IMG/VR virus record: IMGVR_UViG_3300013126_000014
Span: 32,001-96,000 of that record
Strand: one strand, 5' to 3'
DNA from: a virus
DNA: 64,000 nucleotides
Shown here: positions 36,831-48,800 of the stretch, piece after piece
Layout of the letters: each line of letters opens with the position of its first letter
Numbering within the stretch: position 1 is the stretch's first letter
The notes under the pieces: model-generated
Seen by the model: only the letters and a program-made list of their open reading frames with translations
What the model was told of the DNA's origin: nothing
The model's database searches: none
Position numbers and translations under genes: made by a program

Positions 36831-39800
36831 ATGGCACTAAGAAAAACCTTAAAGTTTTTACCTGAAATATTTCAAACCGATGCAAATGATAAATTCTTGT
36901 CGGCTACGTTGGATCAATTGATATCAGAACCAGAGTTAAAAACCGTCAATGGCTATATTGGTAGAAAATTTGCACCCACATATAAGTCTAAAGATAGTTA
37001 TGTCACTGAAAACACATCAGATCGACAAAATTATCAACTTGAGCCAAGTGTTGTTGTTCGAGATGAACAATCTAATATAACATTTTTTAGCAGTTATATT
37101 GATCTATTAAACAAGATCAAGTACTATGGCGGTATTACAAATAATCATAGTCGATTATTTAATAATGAATTTTATAGTTTTGATCCTGGTGTTAGTTATG
37201 ATAAGTTAATTAACTTTACACAATATTATTGGTTACCCAATGGTCCCGATTCTGTTGCTGTAAACACCTCTGGGGTAGCAACTGAAGAAACCTTTACAGT
37301 TACTCGAAACCCTACGACAGAAACATATACCTTTACAACTTCTACAGGTTTGGTGTCTGATACTCTTACATTAGCACGTGGTGGTACATATTATTTTGTA
37401 GTCAACCAACCGGGGGTTCCATTTTGGATACAAATTGAACCCGGAGTGGATGGAAAATTAAACGCTACACCTACTATTAGTAATCGAGAAGTGCTGGGTG
37501 TAACAAACAACGGAACTGATGAAGGGACTATTACTTTTATAGTGCCGCAGAGTGATGCACAAGATCGTTTCCTGACCATGGGAACGGTATTCAATGTTGA
37601 CTATGCTACTCCATTTTATTCATTACCCTATAATAATCTGCACAATAAATTGCGTAGCCAATTTCTTAACGCATATCCTCAGTATGCTGGTATTACCGGT
37701 AACCTGGATGGAAAACATTTAGTTTTTGTTGACCAAACTTTGGCTACCAACTTTGGCGAGGAAGCATGGACCGCAGAAGAAGTATTAGATTTAGATCTTA
37801 ACCCTATTTTAGGATGGGGCGAAGGTGACGTAGTTCCAGTCAACCAACGAAATGGTGTATGGAAGATAATATTAGTTGATGTTGGTGTTGATAATGATCC
37901 TTTAATTAGATTAGTGCCAGTACAGGATATTGAAGTAGACGAAAAAGTTTATGTTAAGTATGGATTGGGGAATGCTAATCGAGAATTTTACAAAGAATCG
38001 GACGGATTTTTATATAGAGTCCCAGTAATATCAACAGTACAAGATACTTTATACTTCCAAGATGCTGTTAAAACTAACATGTACGGTGATTTAAAAATCA
38101 TTGAATATGCAGGTTGGAATATTGATGTAGAACAAGATATTTTAGGTAAAAAAACATATACAAGTCCGAATGGCGTCAAATTTACCAGTGGCCTTAAAAT
38201 TGAATTTGGATCTGATGTAACCCCAACTAATTATCAAAATAAACAATACTATGTAGAAGGTGTGGGCGACGCAATTCGGTTGGTAGACGTCACATTATTA
38301 GTAACACCAGAGCTATATAACGATGAACTAGAGTTAAATTATCCAGATCAGTCATTTCCTGATTATGTTACAATCAATAGAAGTGCCTTAGATTTAAATG
38401 CTTGGTCACGCAATAATCGTTGGTTCCATCGAGATGTTATTACTGCTACCGCTAGGTACAATAATACTATCCCAGTATTTGACCAAACTTTGAGAGCACA
38501 ACGACCAATTGTTCAATTTGAGGGTGATTTTCAGCTATATAATTATGGTCGAATCGGTAAGCGTCACATTGATGTGCTTGACTTAACTACCACCGATGCA
38601 TTTAACCAACTTGAAGGTGAAATTTTTGACGTAGCTTTAGGAACTACATTGTTTGACGGTATGCGAATTTTATTTGCCGCTGATAATGATCCATTGGTTC
38701 GAAATAAAATTTACGTATTAAATTTAGTAGAATATGAAGAAGGAACCCCAGGCGACCCAGTTTTACGTATTAAACTCAACATAGCTGAGGATGGTGAAAA
38801 TTTAGAGTGGGATAGTGTAGTAGTACTACAAGGACAGTATAAAGGTAGCCATTGGTGGTTTGATGGTACCAATTGGAATGAAAGCCAACAAAAGACCGGG
38901 TTAAATCAAGATCCGTTATTTGAAGTACACACTCAAACTGGTGTAAGTTTGTCCACCTATCCTCGCAGTTCTTTTGCAGGAACTAAGATATTTGGATATA
39001 AGAGACCAACAACTGGCACTGAAGACAGTATACTAGGATTTGCACTAAGCTATCGAAATTTTGGAACTCAAGGAGACATAGAATTTCAAAACTATTTTGA
39101 TACTGATACCTTTAATTATGTGATAGATCAAGAAAGTTATACTCCGCATATTAATACAGGATTCTTAGTAAAGATTATTGATAGAAATACTGTAGCGCAC
39201 CGCAACATGTGGAAAACCGTAGTTGAAGAAAGCAAGCAGTATCAAATTCTTAATTACAGTTACACAAACTCAAATACGTTTATTTTAGATGTTATTCCTA
39301 ATCCAAATGAAGCATCTATACCGTACTTAAAAGTCTACGTTAATAATCAACGACTAAATCCATCTAACTGGGTCTTTGACAGCGCAAATAACTCTGTTAC
39401 AGTTAATGTGATCTTATCTACAGACGACCGTATAGACATTTTAGTATACAGTGAACAAGTTAGTACCCGTGGTAACTATGAAGTCCCACCTAATTTAGAT
39501 TTAAATGCACAAAACGTTGATATAGATTCGTTAACATTAGGCCAGCTTCGTAACCATTTAGTTTCATTAAGTCAAAATAGTAAAGATCTAATAGGCGAAG
39601 TTTTGGCCGCAAGTAATCTTCGAGATCTTGAAGTTAAGTCGCAAGGCGGTAATATCTTACAGCACAGCGCCGGCGTTCCGTATGCAAGTTTATTTTTATT
39701 AGATGATACAGCAAATTTCGTTGACGCGGTTCGATATACCCAACGCGAGTATGCTAAATTTAAAAATAAATTTTTAGAATTAAGTGCAAGTCTGACAGGA

Positions 39801-42800
39801 ATTGACCCTACCAATCCTGCTGCAAGCGTGGATTTGATCTTAACAGAAATGAACAAGATTAAAAACTCAACATTCCCATGGTTCTATAGCGACATGGTAC
39901 CGTACGGTCCTTTAAAAACAATAGTAGCAGACGGTTATACTGTGTTTGACCCCACTGTACGATCTTATGAAATAACCAACGTCTTTAATAGTCAACAATT
40001 GAGCAACAAGGCTGTATTAATATACTTAAATGACGTTCAGTTAGTAATAGGTAATGACTACACCTTTGATACAGATCGCCCGGCTATTACGTTCAACGAT
40101 AATCTTGAATTGGCTATAGATGATGTTATTAAAATTGTTGAGTATTCAAACACCGATGGTAATTATATCCCTGAGACCCCAACTAAGTTGGGGCTGTATC
40201 CTAAATTTGTTCCTGAGATATTTTTAGATGATACCTATAGAGATCCAATAAATGTAATCAGAGGGCACGATGGCAGTGTAACTCCGGCATTTGACGACTA
40301 CAGAGATAATTTTATACTTGAGCTAGAGAAACGAATTTACAATAACATTAAATTGCCCGAAACAGAGTTGCCAAGAGAAATCTATAATGTTATCCCTGGC
40401 AAATTTAGAGACAGCGATTATACAATATCTGAATTTAATAGTATTCTATCAGGTAGCTTCTTAAGCTGGATTGGTAATAATAGATTAGATTATTCAAGCA
40501 ACGAAACATTTGAAAGCAATGATCCGTTCACATGGAATTACAGTCGATTTGTTGATAGAATCGATGGCGAGCCTCTGCCAGGTAGCTGGAGAGCATGTTT
40601 CCAATATTTCTACGACACCGACAGTCCCCACTTAAGACCTTGGAAGATGTTGGGCTTTAGTAGTAAACCAGACTGGTGGGAAGGATATTACGGCCCTGCA
40701 CCGTACACCGGTGGGAACACTTTGCTGTGGGATGATCTAGAAGTTGGACGCATTGTAGACGGTGATCGTGCTGGTACAGACGCAAGATTTGCTCGTCCGG
40801 GTTTGAGTCAGATTATACCTGTAGACGAAAACGGCGGGTTGATTAGCCCCGCAGGGATCTTAACAAAAGCATTTAATAGTAGTAACGCCGCTACGGCCTG
40901 GGCGGTAGGCAATCAAGGACCAGTTGAAACTGCATGGCGCAGAAGCAGCGATTATCCTTATGCAATACAAATTGCAATGGCTTTGGCAAAACCTGCAAAA
41001 TATTTTGGGCTGTTTATTAATGCATTTAATTACAGTAAAAATAATGATTTAGACCAATACCTAACCGCAGAAAATCACCACTTAGTTCAATCTGCAATTA
41101 ATATCAATGGCGACCGCAGCGGTGGAGTTGTTGTTCGGTCTGCAGGTTATCTAAATTGGATCGCAAACTATCTAACCAATATGGGGGTTAATCCAGTTGA
41201 AAAGATTAGTTCGATGTTGACAAATTTCACAGTAAATCTGGCCTACAAAATGGCTGGGTTCACCGACCAAAGCTATGTTCAAGTATTGGCCGAACAAAGT
41301 AGTCCAAGCAGTACCAATGATAGTGTAGTTGTACCCGCAGAGAACTACAAGGTTCATTTATATAAATCAACCCCAGTGGATCGTATAAATTACAGTGCGG
41401 TGATTGTTGAAAAAACAACAAATGGATTCACTGTTCGCGGGTATAATTTATTAAATCCGTATTTTACAATTATACCAAGCACAGTTAACAGTAACGCAAC
41501 TAAGATCAAAGTACTTGACAGTGAAGGGGTAGTGTATTTTGACTATAAACCAATTAAGTTAACTGTTCCATACGGTTACGAATTTAAAAATCAACAACAG
41601 GTTGTTGACTTCTTAATAAGCTACGAAAGATTTTTAATTGCTCAAGGGTTTGTATTTGCAGAAATAGACGAAGCTCTTGCAGAAGTACGAAACTTTAAGT
41701 TGAGTGTTAAAGAATTCTTATTTTGGGCTCAACAAGGTTGGACTACCGGTAGTGTACTGGTGTTAAGTCCTGCAGGCGAAAATATACGATGCAACACTTC
41801 CGGTGCAATAGTTGATGGGATCCAAGATGATCAATATACAACAAAAGTATTAGATCAAAACTTTAAATTAGTTAAGAATAATAACTATAACGTAATGCGT
41901 AGCCCTACGGAATTTAAGCTATCGCTTACTAACGATCAAGTTGTTGGTTTTGTAGATTTAAATCTAGTACAATACGAACATGTATTGATATTTGACAATA
42001 CTACGGTATTCAATGATATTATATATAAACCAGAGCTTGGTAACAGACAATATCGATTGAAACTAATAGGACAAAAAACTGATAATTGGGATGGAAGTTT
42101 ATATGCACCAGGATTCTTATATAACTCAGGAGAAGTAGATGCATGGCAGTCTGGCAAAGATTACTTAAAAGGTGATCTGGTAGAGTTTAAAGATCAATTC
42201 TATGTGGCTTTAAATAATATTTCTGCAGCAGATGATTTTAAATTTTTAGATTGGAAGTTGGCTGATTACGGGCAGGTTCAAAAGGGATTACTAAGCAATT
42301 TCTCAAGCATAGCAGTGAAATCACAAAGTTATTACGATCCGTATGGATATTTCAATGATGCAGACCAAGTTAAGTATAGTCACGGGTTAATTGGATTTAA
42401 ACCTCGACAATATTTAGATGATCTTGGAGTCAACGAAACTAGCCAAATTGAATTTTATAAAGGGTATATTAGACAAAAGGGAACACCTAATGCATTTGAC
42501 GCATTAACTCAAGCGCAGTTTAATAATCTTGCCAGTGATATTAATTATTTTGAAGAATGGGCAGTGCGCATAGGTGAGTACGGTGCAGTTGACACAAATC
42601 CGTACATTGAAATCCCATTGGACGAAAAAGCGTTTTCAGTTAACCCAGCAACTGCTGAATTTGTATACGGCACACGTCGCAACGAAGGTGACGGCGTTAC
42701 GATCTTTAATAGCAGCCAACTTTATAGATTAACAGACCAGTACAATGGTAATATAGCATTAAATCGCGATAATAACAGCGACTATAGCAACGATATTCTA

Positions 42801-45800
42801 ACAGCAGGATATGTTAACATAGATGATGTCGACGCCACAATCTTTGATCTGTCAGAATTTTCAATGTTGAACGATAGATTAGACATAATTGGCAATGGAT
42901 ATAGTATATGGGTGGCTAAAGATTACACTCAAGATTGGAATGTATATCGTGTCACTGAAACGGATAATGATGTAATCTTCTTAACTAATGCATTAGATGG
43001 ATACATCACATTTACAACCAATTTACCTCATGGACTTTTGGTCAATAGCATATTTATGGTTAGAAATTTTAACGCTGCGTTCGACGGTTTCTATCAGGTA
43101 AATTCAGTGGACGATCTGACTAGAGTAACAGTGTCATACGCTGGGGATACTTCTGAGTTGTCAGAATTAAATGGTCGCGGGACACTGTTTGTACTGGATA
43201 GTTTGCGATTCCAATTTATGGAAGAGGCACGAAAATATGTTCCTCCACATGGTTGGAAAGAAGGAGAGAAGATCTGGATTGACTTAGATGCTCCGACTAG
43301 TTTTGTCCAAGGGCAACCATACGAAACAGGCAATAACCTGTGGAAAGTTTATGAAAAACGTATGCCATGGAATCTGAAACAGCAATTAACCAAAGGCGAA
43401 GAAGAATATGCTGCAAATGATGGGTTTGGCACTAGTGTAAAACTAAGCGCAGATGGGTTAATTGCTGTTACTGGTAATCCCCTTTCTGGTTCTACTGGTA
43501 CAGTTAGCACGTTTGCTAAAAATTCAACTAATGAATTTATACAGACATTTACTATTGTTCCGGATACTGGGAATGTATCAGAGTTTGGAACTAGTATTGA
43601 CCTATCTACTAATCGAATCGCAGTGGGCGCACCGGGCAGCAATAACGACAATGGTTACGTATATGTTTATAAAAAACTACAGGATGTAGCATCGTACGAT
43701 CGATCACAAGTGATCGTGGGTAACTTATCTGCATCTGGTGATCGATTTGGCTTTAGTGTAAGTTTAGACGAATTTGGCGAATGGTTATATGTTGGTGCTC
43801 CAGGAAATGACAAAGTATATATTTACGGATTGAATAAGAGTGTCACTGAGCGAGAACACGTAGAGTCTGTTAATAATTTAAATATCCTTTCGTTAAGCGC
43901 AAACATCACTGCAAATATTGGTGACCATATTACTCAACCTACTACAGGTGCTGATCTAATAGTTACGGCAAATGTGTCTAATGGAAGTAATGTAGAAGTA
44001 AGTGCATTAACTAATATTGTCACTGGGGTAAGTTCTGGCAACATCCAGATTGTAAATGTTAACATACACGGTGACCCTATAGCGATCACCAATGTAGCAA
44101 TTTATCCTACTGCTACATATACTTCGTCGACTCGAAATTCTATTAGTCTTTCATTCACCCCCGATGTTGCAGATGATGCAAATAGTCTACTAGTAACTAG
44201 CAGAGAGCGTACATACATACCAAATGTTGACTATACACTTAGTGGAACAACAGTAACATTTTCAGCTAATATAGAACAAAATGATATTAGTATCAAGCAA
44301 GCACCATATTACTCATTGGTATCAACAGTACAGGGCGCCGCGGGTAGCGAATTTGGATATGTAGTTGACAGCAGTTATGACGGAGCACAACTTGGGGTTG
44401 GTGCACCAAACGAAACAGTTAACGTAGGTATAAGAACTGATGGAATTAAAGTTGCTATACCAGTAGGCACGGCAACTGCGAATATTGTTAGTTATACTGA
44501 GTATGTTGGAGCAGGCGCAGTATTTATATACGATCGTGTAATTGAAGCATTTGAAAGCACAGGCAATCAAGATTATACTACAAACGGTACTATCGGAGCA
44601 GTGCATAAGGTTACAATTGATAACATTGAAATTCCATTTAGTGAGTACCAAACATCGTTCACTACCCCATCACTGGCAAATAACGTAGTTAGATTTATTA
44701 CTCCACCAGACGTTGGTAAAGTTGTTTATATAGAAACTAACGAAATTAACCTACTAGAGAAATTAATAGGTATCGACAGCCTTGAGGGCGGCCTAGAAGC
44801 TATTCAGAGCGGCGCAAGATTTGGTACTAGCTTGACAATCTGTTCAAACAACTGTGCATTTTACATTGGCGCTCCGTATTACAACAACGGCACAACATAC
44901 AACACTGGCGCAGTTTGGAAATTCCATAGTAGAGGTCGGTTATATGGTACTAACACAGGCTACGCAATTAACCCAACATTTGCTCCAAACGATACAATCC
45001 GATTAGATAACTTTGAAGTTCGAGTTAATCTTGGATTAAGCGGAAACATATCAGTGACCACTGGTGATTTTATTACACAACCTAGTTCAGGCGCAAACGT
45101 TGCTGTCACTGAGGATACCTCTGGAAATTATATTAAAATTTCAGATTACGCCGACGCTAATGTATTTGTTGTTGGTTCTGGAAACATCTACGTGAATGGT
45201 GCTGATGCTAATGTAACTGTACGATCAACAAGTTTAGATGAATTTGTTGAAGATATTAATTCAGCTGATTTACTAGGCATTACCGCAACAAATGAAGGCG
45301 GTAAATTAAGAATTGACTCAGACAAAACTGTGGCCAAAAACTTGTTACGTATTCTATCTGGTAGAAACATATCAGCGAACCCACAAGGCGTATCAAATGT
45401 TTACTCGTCGGCTGAACTAGCGGTATTTGCGTTCATGCAGATTATTATCAATCCGTACAACTCAACTAACGAGTATTTTGGTAATAAAGTTATTTTGGCA
45501 AGAAACGCTTATATGTTGGTAATTGGTAGCGAGCGTGGTACCACTAAAAAATATACAACATTTGACGATGCAACTACTACATTGGATAGCGATTCTACTG
45601 CGTTCTTTGACAGCATCAAAGGCAGCGGTAGTGTATACATTTATGAATTATACGATGATCCTCGAGACGAGGTTGAAAATCCAGGGCGATATGCTTTTGC
45701 ACAGCAACTCAACCCAGGTGATCTAAATCCGGGCGATCGATTTGGAGCCGCAGTTGATATCGTAGGAGACACAATTATTGTAAGTAGTCCAGGCGACGAT

Positions 45801-48800
45801 ACTACATTGACTGATGCAGGAAGTGTATACATATTTGAAAATCCTACTAGAACCAGAGGTTGGAACTTAATAAGATATCAACAACCTAAAGTTGATACAG
45901 ATAGTGTGAATCATATTTTCTTATACAATAAAAATGCTAATACCATTTTAACTAACTTAGAATTCATTGATCCAGCTAAAGGAAAAATACCAGGGTTAGC
46001 AGAACAAGAAATTGACTATAAAACAGCTTACGACCCTGCCAAATACAATCGAGGATCCAATCCTCGAACAGCGGTTAATTCTGATCTGTACTGGGGCGCT
46101 GAACAATTAGGGCAAGTTTGGTGGGATTTAGATCGTGTTCGATATATTGACTACGAACAAGATTCGTTAACATATCGTTCTATTAATTGGGGTAGATTGT
46201 TCCCAGATAGTACTATAGAAATTCTTGAGTGGGCCGAAAGTGATGTCTTACCTAGTCAATATGTTGATACATACCCAAATCGAGGCGTACCTAAATACCA
46301 AGACGATAGTGCATACGTTGAAGTGAGTTATGTTGATAGTTTAACTAATAACATTACAAGTAAGTATTATTTCTGGGTGGGCGGAAGAACTGATCTGGAC
46401 ACTGTGACTGCTCCAAATCGTCGATTACCGTTAACAGTAATTTCCTCATTGATAGAAAATCCTAAATCGGCTGGTGTTGCTTATGCTGCTATTGTGCAGA
46501 ATAATGCTGTGATTTTATATAACGTAGGCTCATACCTAAGTGCCAGCGATACTATTTTACATCTTGACTACGAAGTTGTTAAAAATAACAGTATAATTCA
46601 CAGTGAATATGAACTGATACAGAAAGGTAATGCTTTAAGTTTTGTTCCGGCTAAAATATTAAACAAATTGATTGATAGTTTAAGCGGCATTGATGCCGCA
46701 GGCGCAGTGGTTCCGGACCCTAAATTAAGTGTAGCAGATAGATTGGGGGTCGGATTCCGCCCACGACAAAGTATGTTTGTTGATCGGTTAGCTGCTATGA
46801 ACGATTTAGTTCAGTATGTTAACGGTATTTTAATTAAGAAACCAATTGCAAGACAATACGATTTAACAAAACTGAATTCTGCAGAGCCTATGCCCAACGC
46901 AAAACTTGGTGAATACGACCAACTAGTGGCCACAGAAGAGGCATTGGCTTATATTGATGTTACAAATCTACCTGTAGGCTACAAAATATTAATTGAGACG
47001 GATACTACTCAGGACAATTTATGGGTACTATACACCTTAAATCAAGATTTAGTGTGGGAAATTGCCCGAGTACAATCATATAAAACAAACCTGTATTGGG
47101 AATATGTCGACTGGTACGCAGAAGGATATGATAATACTATACAAGTGGACTATGCAGTTACTACTATTATTGATGCACTGAAATTGCAGGCAGAACCAGG
47201 CAGTGAAATTCTTGTTCGTGTTGAACTAGGCGAAACTGGCGGCTGGAATATCCTTGTTGTTAACGACCAAGGCGGATTTGATGTTGTGGGTATTCAAAAC
47301 GGTACCATACAACTTAAATCAAATCTTGGGGACTTTGCTAACAATGAATTAGGATTCAGTAATCAAGGGTTTGATGTTAACCGATGGGATCAAAACCCAA
47401 ACGTTGAGATTCGTTATATTATTCAAGCTCTTCACGAAGACATTTTTATTAATGAACTAGGCGCAGAAACTAATAAGCTGTTCTTTGTAATGGTTAACTA
47501 CCTATTCGGCGAACAAAAATATGTAGATTGGATCTTTAAAACTAGTTTTATTAGCGTAACGCACAGTCTGAGAGAATTAAATCAATTCCCTAATTACATT
47601 AAAGACAATCAAACCTACTACCAAGATTATATCAATGAAGTTAAACCTTACTCGACTAAAATTCGAGAATATTTAGTTGGCTACAACAGTTTAGACCTCT
47701 TTGAAGGTAGTGTAACTGATTTTGATCTGCCTCCATACTACGATACTGATACTAAAATATTTAGAAGTCCAAGCGGTGAGGAAGTAGTTAAAGATCAAGC
47801 ACTATGGCAAACTGATGTATACAGCCAATGGTACCAAAATAGAAATAATACTGTAGTAAGTATATTAGTTGAAGATGGCGGTAGTGGTTACACAGATGAG
47901 CCAATTATAACTATTATTGGCGGCGGTAGTGGTGTAACTTCAGCAACCGCAAGAGCTGTAATTGATTTTGACACTGGAGCAGTAACCAACATCATTGTTA
48001 CTAATCCGGGCAGCGGATACTTTGTAACTCCAACAGTGATAGTCAATGGATCAAGTACGGTTCCGGCACGTGCATATGCAGTGTTGCAAAATAACCAAGT
48101 TAGAAACATTAACACTACGTTAAAATTTGATCGTATTTCTTATACTAGCAGTGTAATAGATTGGTCTGCAAATACCTCCTTAACAGCAAACACTATAGTA
48201 AGCTATAATGGGGTAGGATATAGAGTTAATGCAAATATTACAACCGGTAGTAGCTTCAATCCTGACAATTACACAAGAGTAAATGCTAGCGAGTTTGACA
48301 ATGCTAATGACCGTATCATGGCATATTATGCACCAAGTGACACAATGCCTGCTCGAGATCTAGGGCAACTACTAAAAGGCATAGATTACCCTGGGGTACA
48401 GGTAACGGGATTAAATTTTGATCAACAACCTGGATATGATGGTGCTGGCGGCTTTGACAAAATATTATTTGACAATGTTCAATATGACGAAGATGGTAAC
48501 CCTATATTGGGCGACAGCACTGTAGATACATTAATCAGTAGTTTATATACTGATTCTACTCTAGGAACACGAGCAGAGGATATCAATTTAGATGGCGGAG
48601 AATACGTAGATGCTTATTCAAGTCATGCCCCGGAAGAACTTATCCCAGGGATTGTTTTTGATACCTTAGATATTCAAGTGTATACTAAAGTTGATTCTAA
48701 CGTGAATGTGTTAGGTTACAGAATATTCAATAATATGGTAAGAAATGAAAGCTTCTTGCGTATATCCAATGCGTTCTCAACATTGTTGGCGCAGGACTTA